Part shown: positions 12,496 through 24,408 of the stretch, one piece after another
How the letters are laid out: every line of letters starts with the position of its first letter
Position numbering within the stretch: position 1 is the stretch's first letter
Position numbers and translations under genes: made by a program
Assembly (NCBI GenBank): GCA_054600435.1
Contig: BAAIJX010000001.1
Span: 806,001 to 870,000, forward strand
Length of the DNA stretch: 64,000 nt
DNA from: Neophaeotheca triangularis
Lineage: Eukaryota
Reading direction: 5' to 3'
The notes under the pieces: model-generated
Told to the model about the DNA's origin: nothing
Database searches by the model: none
What the model saw: only the letters and a program-made list of their open reading frames with translations

Positions 12496-13425
12496 TCACT
12501 CACTATCCACTTGTATCACAGGCAAATCAATATCAACAACGATCGGCTTATTGTACTCTTTCCTCCCCCTCCCAAAACTCTTCGCCATAACACTAGCATT
12601 AACAACCACAGTCTCCTCCCCCTTCCTCAAACCCACCCCACCCCTCTTCCCGGTCAAATCGAAAACCGACAACCTCTTATTCCCCACCCCAGGATCCTCC
12701 CACTCCACCACCTCCCCCACCTCCCCCACCTCCCCCCGATCCCCCCACCTCACAACCACCGCCCCCCTCCCTTCATGACAATGCCCACAAACCAGCACTC
12801 TCGGCCTGACCCTCCCCAAAACGCCCCTCAAAACCCCACAACCCCCTTCACCCCAAAACCCACTCCGATCACACAACCCCTTGGGCGGCGTATGCGTAAC
12901 CATCAAATCCAAACCCGTGGGAACACGGTCCCACACCCCCTCGGCCTCGGCCTCAGGATACTGAAACGCCCAACGCCCTGCCCCGGACCTCGCAGGAGAA
13001 AGCGGCGAGCCCCAAACCCTCACCTCGACCCTTCCGCCAGGAACCGCCAGCTGCAAAACCCGCACTCCCTCGTCGTGCTCCAAGAACACTAACCCCTCAG
13101 TCTCCCCACAAAGCCGCCTCACCGCCTCCCTCGCCTCCCCACCCCCATCCCCTTCCCGCCCGTCAAAAGCGGCTTCCAGACATCCATCATGATTCCCCGC
13201 CACCACGAGCACTTTGCGGAATTTACATGTCAGTTCTCCCAGCCAAGCGAGGGTTTTGGTGATTTCGCCCGGACTGCCGGAGTTTGTGAGGTCGCCGGCG
13301 TGGATGAGGATGTCTCCGCCGAGGGGTGGGAGTTTGATGGCGCCGGAGGAAGGGTCGGTGTTGTGGGTGTCGGAGATGCAGACTAGGCGGAGTTTGGCGG
13401 TGGATGTTGAGGGGGTGGGGGGCAT
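12496..13425 (-). CDS. Calcineurin-like metallophosphoesterase (MPPED/239FB-like)
   Basis: Motifs VCISDTH, IHAGDLT, VAGNHD, VTHTPP and CGHCHEG. Confidence 0.9.
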   Translation of the reverse strand: MPPTPSTSTAKLRLVCISDTHNTDPSSGAIKLPPLGGDILIHAGDLTNSGSPGEITKTLAWLGELTCKFRKVLVVAGNHDGCLEAAFDGREGDGGGEAREAVRRLCGETEGLVFLEHDEGVRVLQLAVPGGRVEVRVWGSPLSPARSGAGRWAFQYPEAEAEGVWDRVPTGLDLMVTHTPPKGLCDRSGFWGEGGCGVLRGVLGRVRPRVLVCGHCHEGRGAVVVRWGDRGEVGEVGEVVEWEDPGVGNKRLSVFDLTGKRGGVGLRKGEETVVVNASVMAKSFGRGRKEYNKPIVVDIDLPVIQVDSE

Positions 13426-13931
13426 GGGTTTGTGGGAGAGGGGGTTTGGTTGTTGAGGGATCTTGGGGCAGTTCGTTCTAGGTATAGGGGGTTTTATCTA
13501 TTTGGAGGAGAGAGGAGAAGAGTGGAATGGCTGCTTTTGTCGTCGGCACGTGTCTTTTCTGCCTCGACCTTGCTCACTTACATTGTGCCTTTTTTTTTTT
13601 CTTTTTCTATCGCAGCTGATGAGGCAAGTGTAATGGACCGGAGGTGGTTTGGATATTAGTGTCTGGTCTGAGCGATGGGCTCAAGCCAGTGTCATGTAGA
13701 ATGCTATGCGAAGGGAGGAAGAGACCAACGAGAAATGTTGTTGCTTGTTGTACTGTATTCTTATGGAAAGTCGCCGCGAGCACAGACCAGCTGGTACAAT
13801 ATTGACGTCGTCGTACGACTCGACGCGTCGGACTGGCCTTTTTGTTTGCGCGTGTCAACATCATCACTCCTACCCCAGTACCCGCACGACCTCGACCTCG
13901 ACCTCGACCTCGACGACCAAGTTTTCTTGTC

Positions 13932-15493
13932 ATGGCAGACTTGCACCAATCCAAGGCCAAAAAAGGCGCTGCCTCGACAGATGCTATGGGCGAGAAACAC
14001 GGCTTCGAGTTTGGCGGACCGTAAGTGTCGCATCCTAGACGACAATGTGGACCTTATCGCTAACCACCCATAGGTACCTCGTCGGCTTGATGAGCGTCGC
14101 CCTCCCTCTCCTATGCTATGCTTTTGCCTTCCTCTGCAACGATGTCACGGGCTGCCCGGCCCCCTCGCTTACCTCCCCATCCAAGCTCTTTTCCCCTGAA
14201 ATCGTCATGGGCGTGCAGACCAAGACGGGCTGGCAAAATGGTCTGGAGACGCTGAGCCGCGAGATTGGATGGCCAGGCGTTGCTGGTTTGATCAATGTTG
14301 AATCGATAATCGGGACGATTGGGTGGTACGGATTGAGCTTGGTATTGAACGCTGTCCTGCCGGCGCAGGAAGTCCAGGGCACTGAGCTGCGCACAGGAGG
14401 CAAGCTGACTTATCGTTTCAACGCCTTCTACTCGGCCGCGACCATCCTCGTCGTTTGCGCGGCCGGCACTATAGTACAGGGGCCTGACTTTGCCGTTTGG
14501 AGCTTCATCAACCGCAACTACGTCCAGCTCCTGACTTGCAACATCCTCGTCTCCTTTGCGCTCTCGACATTCGTCTACCTCAACTCCTTCAGCGTCAAGC
14601 CCAACAACGACGAACAGCGCGAACTCGCGGCAGGCGGACACAGCGGCAACATCACCTACGACTGGTTTATCGGCCGCGAGCTCAACCCCCGCGTCACCCT
14701 CCCCTTCCTCGGCACCATTGACATCAAAGCCTTCATGGAACTCCGCCCGGGCATGCTAGGCTGGATGATGCTTGACTTCGCCTTCATCGCCAAACAATAC
14801 AAGACTTACGGCTACATCACAGACTCGATCCTCATCGTCACCGCAACCCAATCCATCTACGTCCTCGATGCCCTCTGGATGGAACCCTCCATCCTCACAA
14901 CCATGGACATCACCACCGACGGCTTTGGCTACATGCTCGCCTTTGGCGACCTCGTCTGGCTGCCCTGGACCTACAGCATTCAAGCCCGCTATCTCTCCGT
15001 GCACCCGGTAATGCTCGGCCCAGCTTACGTCGCCCTCATCCTGGGCATTTATGCAGCAGGCTACTCCATTTTCCGCGCGACGAACAACCAGAAAAACCGC
15101 TTCCGCACCAATCCCTCGGACCCCCGCGTTCAGCACCTCGACTACATAACCACCGCTTCAGGCTCCCGCCTCCTCACCTCCGGCTGGTGGGGCAAAGCCC
15201 GCCACATCAACTACCTCGGCGACTGGGTAATGTCATGGGCCTACTGCCTCCCAACCCTCGCCGCGGGCTACAAACTCGTCCCCTCGGTTGCATACCCGGG
15301 CTCGAGACTCGTCTCCCAGGACGGCATGAGCGGCGCCGCTATCCCCGTGACTTACTTTTTCATGCTGTATTTTGCTATTCTGCTCGTGCATCGCGAGAGA
15401 AGAGATGAGCTCAAGTGTCGGCGCAAGTATGGCCGCGACTGGGAGAGGTATTGTGGGATTGTTAAGTCGAGGATTGTGCCGGGGGTTTACTAG
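13932..15493 (+). CDS. ERG24: C-14 sterol reductase, 2 exons
   Basis: Exon 1 13932-14020 (MADLHQSKAKK..HGFEFGGP), intron 14021-14073 (GTAAGT..GCTAAC..TAG), exon 2 to 15493 with DWFIGRELNPR, ELRPG, TTMDITTDGFGYMLAFGDL, LLTSGWWGKARHINYLGD and CRRKYG. Confidence 0.93.
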
Positions 15494-16755
15494 ATGGAAG
15501 ACTGGGAAAGGGGGTTGAGGGGGCAGTAATGTTTTTAGTGAGATTGTTTTCAGAGAAGCAATGACGCGAGATGGTCATTGCGAACGCGAGTGTAGATTCC
15601 GTTTGCGATTCCCGCATCTTGGTTTGTAGTTGAAAGCAGCGAGTTTCAAGTGTCTGTCGGCGAGTAGCGCAAGGCGATAATACCAGACGATGGGGTCTGC
15701 TTCCCTTCCCGACACTTTCCCCAATGGATCGCCACTATAACACGACAAAAGCAAGCAGCGAGACTTCTGATTCCCAACCTGCCTCCAACACCCCAACGAC
15801 ACGAGCACATCTCTCTCCACCAAGACCCCCACCCCTCTCGCACAAACCCCAGCATCCCTATCCTCGACCTCGACAACATCGCCCCTTTATCGCCCTCACA
15901 CCGAACGACCCAAGTCTAGCCAACCGACGGCCACAGCAGCTCAGAGACCAAGGCCGCGGCAAAAAAAACCTCCCAAACCCCAACCCCACCCCGTAAAAGG
16001 GCGGAAAGAAAACTAACTCCCAGGGGAGAAATCACTTACTACTCAAGCAACAACCCCGACCGACACCTATCCTTACGCAGTACAAACCGGTTCGTCTTCT
16101 TGCTTAACCCGTTTCCCAGCTCTGGCTGTGCTGTAGAGGAGTAGTCTGTGGCGCTCGAACACACGCACTTTGCGTCGACGCGGGACACGGTCGTGTGCTT
16201 TGGGTCAGAAGTGAGATTTTCTGCCGGGAAGGAGGGAGGAGGGTAGACTGTATGTAGCGTTGCGGTATTGGTGGCGCGGGTTTCTGGCGAGGAGGACTTG
16301 GGGAGGGTTTGGAATTTCAGGCTTACAGGGTTGAGGCGAGGATGCTGGAATCTTCCCACAGGGGGGCGGGCTGTGGTGGCTCTCGGATTTCCCGAGGCCG
16401 GCGAGGCCTGATGGGCTGAAGATGTGGCGGTTTGGCAGTTTGGCCCTGGCGTTGAATGTCAAGTGGTTTGAGAGTATCCGGCACACTCCCACTGGGTCCG
16501 ACAAGGTGCTACAGGGAGCCTTGATGCGTGAGCTGCTGGAGACCAGATTGGCGCTGAGGGGCTGTGATGATAGTGTCTTCGCGGCGAAGCCCACCGACTT
16601 TCGGTCTATAGTGTTACAAAATACTCAGGATATCTCTGACAATTAAGAAACCAGCGGTCTATACGGAGTCGGAAGCAATAGCTTTGCCCAACTTCCAACA
16701 CCATCAGCAGACCCAGCCTTTATTTTAACGCCACAAGCGTTCTATGAAAAAATGC

Positions 16756-18042
16756 TCAATCCTCCCACTCTTCGTTCAACTCATCGATGAGCCGATTCTC
16801 CGCTTCGCTATCCCCCCTTCCCCTCCCCCTTCCAAGACCCCCATTCATACCACCACTACCAACGCGATTGTACCCTCTTCTAGACGGCAAGAACCTCGCG
16901 CAAGAGGACGTGAGAATGACGAAAAGATCCTACGCAAAAGAAACGCAAAGGGAGATTGTCAGCAGGGCATTCTTTCAAGATTCAACTCCACCACCTGGAC
17001 ACGAGCAAGGATAGCCTTCTCACCCTGAAGAAGCCGAAAATGCCGCTCCACAGCTGATAGTTGGGCAGCTGTCGCCAGCCGCGTTGCTGCAGCACCATGC
17101 GGCTGTACACGCAGCCTCCGACCACGTAGACGGCAATGGCTATGATGGCGATAACGCCGAAGACGCCCCCTGGGGAGAGAGTTTGCGTGGCTTTCTCGAT
17201 GCCGCCACAGGCTGCTGAGCTGCGCGCTTCGAAGAAATAGGTGCATTCGTCCTCGGAGGCGGCGACGAAGGAAAGCGTGAGTAGTGGCGCGAGGGGTTCG
17301 CGATCGCAGAGGAAGGAGATGATGCTGCTTTTTCGGCGGACGGAAGACTTGGGTTTCTTGGGCTTTTCGTCCTCGTCCTCGTCGTCGTCGTCGTCGTCCT
17401 CATCATCGTCGTCGTCGGGGTCGATGATCTCACGCTCGTTCAAGAGGTTGGTCGCGCGTCTTTTGTCGGCGTCCGAGCCGCAGGGCGAACCATTGGTATA
17501 GTTCATAACCAGCTTGCGACCCCGAAAGACCGGCTCATCGTTCTGCATACTATTCCACTGTCAGCCTTCCATCCAACCAAACGTAGCCTTCGGGGCAAGC
17601 ATCATCAGCGCCAGCTCCTCCAGCGCTCCCTCCACCTAACCACACAAACTCACCCTAAACTAACAACCTTATCCCCCTCCCGGTAGAACGCGCTCACATT
17701 CCTATAATCCTCCTTATCCACGCCAACAACCCCACCGAGCTCCTCCAAATCCTCAATCACGCCTCCACAGAAATTCAGCGTGAAATTCCGCCCATAATCG
17801 TATCCGAGCGTCTGATTCCAGCTGTGCAGCCGCGGGTGCTTGGCCGAGGAGGTTTCGGGGTCTTCGATGTGGAGTGGGTTGAGGTCGAAGAAGGCGCCCG
17901 AGGTCGGGGATCGGATGGTGCAGGGATGGCGCGCGGGTTTGTCGTCGTCGCGCTCGTTGGGCTCGGCGTCGGGGAGCGCGTGGGTGTGGGCGGGTCGGAA
18001 AAGGGAGAGGTATATTAGGGCCGAGTGGTAGAGGAGGTGCAT
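16756..18042 (-). CDS. MRL1: Mannose-6-phosphate receptor-like vacuolar sorting receptor, 3 exons
   Basis: Exons 18042-17654, 17549-17024 and 16929-16756; signal peptide, CTIRSPTSGAFFDL, YGRNFTLNFC, YTNGSPC, ISFLCDR, CTYFFEARSSAAC, one TM helix, RGWRQLPNY and acidic tail ENRLIDELNEEWED. Confidence 0.85.
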
Positions 18043-18808
18043 GGTGGATTGCGCGCCTGGCGCGGAGTGAGGATTATGGTGTGGTTATTGCAACTAATGG
18101 AAGATGTGACAGCGTGTCGGGAATGAGGGAATTCTATCAAAGAGTGATGTGGTGGGAAGGGGTAGAGGGCGAGGTAGAGATATAAACGTTAGCTGGCATC
18201 AGCCTACTCCTAGCTCCCAGCTGCATGGAACTTGGAGCCGAAGCTAACACTACTCCCTCATAACCTGGCTGGCACATTGGCGGCTGTCTGATCTCATTGG
18301 CGCCTTGGACATGTCATATCTTTCTACCCTGCATAGGTACGCACAGCAGTCAATTTGCTATTTGATGTTGAGACCTCAGATACTGAACAGTAGTATCGAG
18401 GCGTGAAAGACAGAGCGGTGGATAGAGTTGGGCCACGCATGGGCGAAATCATACATGTGCCCATGAGCCGGTCTAACAAAGACGTGATGAGAAACGCGGC
18501 GCCAGGCGCAGTGGCCTACATAGCAAGGTAGGTCCGTAGAGTCAACTGCCAGGTCACTGGTATCGACGAGGCATCGACATTGAACAGCATTGAGGAATAA
18601 TAGTCCCAGCCAACGGACTTCTTTTTGTATTAGCCAGCTACTACGTATTGCAGTGGCTGCATGGTGAAGAAGACTATTGTACACCCTCGAACGACTCTCC
18701 GCTAACCCCACGCTGAAACCTGCTCCCTTCACAGCCGACCGTGGGTATGCCGAATTATGAATGGTGCGATCGGTCGAGGTCGTAACGGGAGGTGTCGTCG
18801 AGATGCGC

Positions 18809-19507
18809 TTATTGCTCGGTCTGGAAGTAGTTGAGGAGGATGCTGCGCTCCTGCGACTCCTCACCCCAGTCCTTGACGACGACGCAAGAGCAGTTGACGA
18901 CCTTACGGGCGTTGCCCTCACGGTCGATTTGGCCTGATTATGAAGTCAGCAAATCTGTGTCTGAAGACATCCACCCCCCAGAGGTAGCTATGTATAGACT
19001 TTGGGTCGAGAGAACATACAGAGACCAGCCCACTCGCCGAGCTGCTTGCCATCGGGGACCTTGATCAAAGGAATCTTGTGCTCGCCGCAAAGGGCAACGA
19101 CCAGCTTCTTGTAGGCCTCCTCCTCGCATGCCTCGTTCAACACGCACATGTGGGCCTGGCGACGGTCGAGAGCCTTGGAGGCTTCGCGGAGACCACGGGC
19201 GAGACCATCGTGGATGAGGGCGATCTTGAGGACACCCTTCAAGGCGTCAAGGACAGACATGCTGCCGCCGGAGCCGCTGCCGCCCTCGGCGGGCACTTCG
19301 ACCTCATCTGCTGCCTGGACCTCCTCGACGTTGGTGGGCTCTTCTCCGTCCGACTGAACATAACTGTTAGACTTGTACTGCTGATGTACGATGGTGGCCC
19401 AATGGCATTGGCATTGATGGTGCTGGACCAGCGACGGTCGCACATCAAGACCAGCGGTCCAGCCATCCCACAACCCGCACCACGGAGACTGTCGCGCGAC
19501 TCACCAT
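18809..19507 (-). CDS. RPS12: 40S ribosomal protein S12 (eS12), 3 exons
   Basis: ATG-only exon 19507-19505, intron 19504-19354, exon 19353-19020, intron 19019-18934, exon 18933-18809; [60 protein letters not shown]. Confidence 0.96.
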
Positions 19508-20595
19508 TTTGAATGGCTTTTCTGGATGCTTTTTTTCAGATGTCGAAGTTCCTCAAAGGGCCCGGACGGTGTATGTTTGGCGAAAGTTGATAATAGTCGC
19601 TGAATCTCGGAAAGAGAAGGTATTCAGGTACCGCAAATTATCATCGCCGAAGCTGTATTTGGAGTGTGGGCCAGGCGCAAAGTTTTGCCAAGGATTTATG
19701 GCCTGTGGACGGTCGTACATATGTACCTACAAAGATTGCGCTTCAGTCTCGTTTCCGAGTCCGATATCGACTGGTCACGAGTTAACATGGATTCAACAAC
19801 ATGGGAACATGATGCGCTCATAACTGCTGGCGATTACCCCTAGCGCATGAGAAGGGACCACAAAAAGTAGAGGGGACTCGGATGTCCTACTAGGCGTAGC
19901 TCAAAACCATGGACCGAGTTCTCCAATTCAACTTTGAAAAGGAAGTGAAGCTCGACAGCGCCATAGGTTGCTGGTTGCTGAACTGGCAACAAAACGTCGG
20001 GAACGACCACCGCTTGGAATACAGCCACGCCGCTACTGATGGCCACACTATCGACACAGTGTTCATCACTCACCAGCGGCTAGATAAGCCATTGGATTTC
20101 CAAAATCACGTCCTCTTGAAGGGAAACGCAAAGCTAGAGGGCGTGGAAACGGTGCTCAGCTCCTTGCTGAGACTTAGAGCGTACATGACTATTATTTGAA
20201 TGTGTAAATGGGAGCCATCTTACCTAAGTGTGAGATTGGGACTGCTATATGACAGAACAATGTGCCCTCGTGTCGAGAGGAGTGTTGAGCACGAAGCCCG
20301 CCACTGTAGTCGTTTCGCTTGCTGCAGCTTTTCCCGAACTGGAGGCGTCAAATCAACCCGACAGTACAGAGGCAAGAATCAGACGATGCATAGGAAGTAG
20401 TGGGATGGCCTATGCATGGGAGAGCCTTCCCGGACCCGGGACTCGCCTAGGCGCGAGAGGTGCTCTAGAGCACCGCACCCATTGAGTGAAGCTTGATTGT
20501 CTCTGGCTCTGCGTTTCTTAGCCGACTTCATCGTCGAAGTTGGCTGTCTGTGGTACACTCCCGTCTCGTTTCTCGTCTCTTGTCGCCTTCTCCTT

Positions 20596-21456
20596 CTATT
20601 GCCGCCTCCGAAAGACCAACGTAACAACAGTCTGCCCCTTCTGTCCCCCAAAACTAAACTCCCTGTAGTGTCCTTCCTTGACATATTCCAAACCACCTGC
20701 GCCATCTCCCACGAGCCATTGGATCAGCTCTTGCTTCGTCCAATTGCAAGACGTAACGATCAGATAGCACCCTAACTTAATAAGTGGCACGACCTTGTCC
20801 CGATAAACTTCGCAAGGGTGATGTCCACTCTCACTCCTCGGCATAAGCGAAATAGCATCAAATGTCCCCTTATCCAGCACGACGTCAAAACCATTGCCCA
20901 ACCACGCTCCCGGCTCAGCGCTCAAGAGATCCCACTGCTCGAACGTGATAGCTCCAGCCCCAGCATCCCCATCACCTTCGCTCATCAACTCCCTAGCCAC
21001 GCCAATTCTCCTAGCCAACTCCACACTCGCTTCGCTATAATCCACACCCACCATCTCCCCGAGCCAACAATCCTCAGGCTCATCAGTGCTAGCCTCCCTC
21101 TCCCTCAGTTCAAACAACATATGCCCATTCCCAGTGCCCAGATCCAGAAACCGCGAAACCAGTTTCGAAAGCACCCCCTCCTCTTCCAAAGCTTCCAGCT
21201 CTTTGATCACGACGTTTTCCGCATCGCTGTCGTCGAACCAGACTTCGCCCTCGTCGTTGGCGTCGTGGGTGAAATTCGTAACTTCGCGGGCGTAGATGTC
21301 GTCCCAGCTGTGGATAATCGCGTGAGTGGGTTGTTCGGATGGCCGGCTGCCGTGGTGTGCGCGTGGTGTGTGCCTTACATACTACTCTTTCGTGCCGAGT
21401 TTGCTGGGGTCGAGCAGTTTTGGCCCGGCCGAGGCGGTTTCGTTTGGGCTGGCCAT
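20596..21456 (-). CDS. EFM4: Protein-lysine N-methyltransferase (eEF1A), 2 exons
   Basis: Exon 21456-21383 (PSKLGTKE), intron 21382-21308, then YWDDIYARE..GEVWFDD..FLDLGTGNGHML..GVDYS..VLDKGTFDAISL..VTSCNWT..FSFGG. Confidence 0.9.
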
Positions 21457-21782
21457 GGTGCGTGACGCTGCCGAAGTTTGGGCTGATACGTAACTTTCGA
21501 TTTGATCTTTGGCGTTCAACTCCAATCGTGGAGATTGAGAGCTGACCTGGCAGAAAGTGGCTGTTTCGATCCTTGAGAGTAAGGTAGCGAGGGTTGTCGT
21601 TTGATTTGTTATCTTATCATCACCAACGCCTTATCGATAGGTACCGTCGTGAGCGTCATGCACGTGGGCATGCAAGATCTCGACTTTACATCGAGGACTT
21701 GTCTTCGACACATAGAAACCTTTTGTTAGGTCAAAGTGTAAAAAAGCAAGAGGAGAAGTACACGGCTACTGCCTATCGACCA

Positions 21783-22694
21783 ATGCTACCAGCGCTGCGT
21801 CCACTCCTCCGCCCTTTACCCCTCCTGGGCCTCTCGACCAGCGGCCTGCTGCTCGCAGCAACCCTCAACCGCGCTTCCAGCGCGCAACACTCCACAATGA
21901 GCAACGCCACAGCCCAAACTTCCTGGTCAATAACTCCCTACACCCCTCGCCACGAGAAGTGGCCCTACAGCCCCAGCGACTTCAGCCGCCAGGACCCATC
22001 TTCCGACGACTCCTTCTACAGCTCCCCTCGCTTCGTAACCCACATTGACGATGCCGCCATAGCCTCGCTGCGCGAATACTACCACGCGAATCTCCCCCGC
22101 AAAGGCAGGATTCTCGATTTTTGCAGTTCGTGGGTGAGCCATTATCCCCCGGAGGTCGAGCGAGCGGCGGAAAGCGGGGAGCTGCAAGTGATGGGCATGG
22201 GCATGAATAAGAAAGAGCTCGATGCGAATGAGGTGCTGAATAGCGGTCGCATGTTGGTGGATCTGAACGTCAAGGCTAACGTCGCTGCGGCGCTCGAGGA
22301 AGCCGGCGTGGAACTGGAAGAGGGTGGCTTGGATGCGAGTACTTGCGTCGTGAGTATCGATTACTTGACCAAGCCTGTGGAGGTGCTATCCTCCTTGAGA
22401 GAGGCTACGAGGCAGGGTGGGAGTGTGCACTTGGCTATCAGTAATAGGTGTTTTCCTACCAAAGCGGTTGGGAGGTGGTTGAGGGTCGAGGAGGAAGAAA
22501 GGCTGGCGATGGTGGGCGACTACCTTTGGTTTGCTGGGTGGAGAGGTATTGAGATTGTTGAGCTTAGCAACGGAAAGATCAGCGAGGAGGAGAAGGAGAG
22601 AGGGCAAGCCCAAGGTGGCCTGCAGGGATTTATGAGTATGATGGGAATGGCTAGTCGGGATCCAATATGGGTCGTGCGAGCGGTCAAGGAGTGA
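21783..22694 (+). CDS. Class I SAM-dependent methyltransferase-like protein, possible mitochondrial presequence
   Basis: First in-frame ATG at 21783; DDSFYSSPRFVTHIDDAAI, ILDFCSSWVSH, CVVSIDYLTKP and SNRCFPTKAV. Confidence 0.85.
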   Translation: MLPALRPLLRPLPLLGLSTSGLLLAATLNRASSAQHSTMSNATAQTSWSITPYTPRHEKWPYSPSDFSRQDPSSDDSFYSSPRFVTHIDDAAIASLREYYHANLPRKGRILDFCSSWVSHYPPEVERAAESGELQVMGMGMNKKELDANEVLNSGRMLVDLNVKANVAAALEEAGVELEEGGLDASTCVVSIDYLTKPVEVLSSLREATRQGGSVHLAISNRCFPTKAVGRWLRVEEEERLAMVGDYLWFAGWRGIEIVELSNGKISEEEKERGQAQGGLQGFMSMMGMASRDPIWVVRAVKE

Positions 22695-23076
22695 TTGCCA
22701 TGCCCTTCCTGAACTCTATTTTCTTGGTATTGCTACCTTGCGCATGGACAGTCGATGAAAGCTGCAGGCTGTCCGCCACGCTCCATGCAGTCGAAGTCAA
22801 ATAAGCCTAGCTAGGCCCGCAGTCCAGAACTCGAGAGTAGAAGAATGTGAATTGCACGTTGGGCAAAGCGGACTTGTAGTTGGCAGCGGTAAGCCGGGCG
22901 ATCTCCAAAAAGGCCCCATCCGTTGACCTTTGCGAACGCGATTGTCTTCGTACAGCTTGTGCAGAGACTGCGACTGCCTCTTATAGCTCCTGACCCGTAA
23001 CATGAAGACACGGATGGTCAATGCAAAGTACCAGGCCTGCAGCGCATGGGTGGTATAATCGACGCCGCTTTCCCAC

Positions 23077-23877
23077 TCATTCAAAGAACCCCCCATCGCT
23101 CTCATCATCACTCTCCCTGTCAGCCGTTTGATTCTTGACTTTTTTCTCGACCTTGGGTTTCGTTTTGGTCTTCGCACTCTCTGGAACCGGCTCCGGCGCT
23201 TTGGAGGTGAGCTTCCCATTACGAAGCGATTCCAGAGTGCCATCTTTTGTACAATTCTTCACTAGCTCCCACATATTCTCATCGCCTTGCCTTGCCTGTT
23301 CCTTCGCTATGCCTGTCTCGAGATCCAAGTCGGCCTCCAATTTTCCGATTCCATCCTCGTCCTCGGTTCTCTTCTTGCTAGGGAACAAAGCAGAGTAGGG
23401 CTCTTCCAGAGGATAGTAGATCGCATAGTTGATTTCAATTTGCGCTTCCTCGACAGCCTTCTTCAGCTCGTCAATCTTCCCTTGGTCCTCGCCCTCGTCC
23501 TCGGCACCTTTTAAGACCTTTGTGAATCTCTTCAATCGTTTGGTCGCCTTCTGTCTGTCGAAGAACCGAACTTTGTGGTAGCGCCCTATCATATCCTTCT
23601 TCCGCTTGTCCCTCTGTGTCTCCTCCAGCTCATGCTTAGCCGACTGCAACGCCCGTTCCTTCTCCACTCTCACATTCGCAGGAAGATCTGCAGTTTCGCT
23701 GTTGAGCAGGCGAGTAAGTGACCGGATACTCGATTTCAGATCGTTGACCGTATGCGACTTTTTGAAGGATTGTCCTGAAGGGTGTGGGTTCGGTTTGCGG
23801 CGCTTGGCGGAAGGCTGATTTGGGACCTGAGATACCCGCGAAGGGTGCACGCCTGGTGCGGAACGCTTTGTAGCCAT
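23077..23877 (-). CDS. EFG1: rRNA-processing protein Efg1
   Basis: LKSSIRSLTRLL..LPANVRVEKERAL..RYHKVRFFDRQKATKRLK..NYAIYYPLEEPYSALF. Confidence 0.9.
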   Translation of the reverse strand: MATKRSAPGVHPSRVSQVPNQPSAKRRKPNPHPSGQSFKKSHTVNDLKSSIRSLTRLLNSETADLPANVRVEKERALQSAKHELEETQRDKRKKDMIGRYHKVRFFDRQKATKRLKRFTKVLKGAEDEGEDQGKIDELKKAVEEAQIEINYAIYYPLEEPYSALFPSKKRTEDEDGIGKLEADLDLETGIAKEQARQGDENMWELVKNCTKDGTLESLRNGKLTSKAPEPVPESAKTKTKPKVEKKVKNQTADRESDDESDGGFFE

Positions 23878-24408
23878 AGTTGCGCTATGCTAAGAGTTGC
23901 AATGTTGAAGAAATCCAGAATCTGGGGAGGTCAAAGGAAGTCAGTCCCGTCCCGTCTTCTGCGAGGAAGTCGCGATGCTGACTAACCAAGCTTTTGCTAG
24001 CGCCATCTTCCAGCAAGACGACAACGACCTCAGGCTTCCAATAATGAGGCAATGTCTTCGCGTGCTCGCCTCGTTCACGCGTGTGTTTCCACGCAACGAC
24101 ATGGCTGGGATCAAAGCTCGTTGATCGAAGGTGAGCGGTACATCGAAAGCAGCGAGCAAGCTGATGATCTACTCACTGAAGATCCTTTTGGCTGTATTCC
24201 AATCTACTAGAAAAGGAGTCCCTCTGCGATAACCCAACGTGATCTTTGGGAGCATTGCTGATCTGCTTCGCCTGTCACGTCGGATGATAGACTCTCGCTG
24301 GGTTTGAACCTAGCATTGCTACAATTGACTGGAATGTCCACGAGTCAGTCACATTTGCGCCGAAGACAATGAGCCGCCAGGCATCCACCGATAACTCCCA
24401 ATAAGTCA

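Noticed and set aside
15586..15601. 16-bp exact inverted match to 53065-53080 (CGGAATCTACACTCGC)
   Set aside because: About one such match is expected by chance in 64 kb; the flanks do not align and the enclosed genes are housekeeping.
16564..16639. Box C/D snoRNA-like GTGATGA...CTGA
   Set aside because: No terminal stem and no rRNA complementarity I could recognise.
19909..20485. Short ORFs between RPS12 and EFM4
   Set aside because: No recognisable domain and no convincing splice path; left unannotated.
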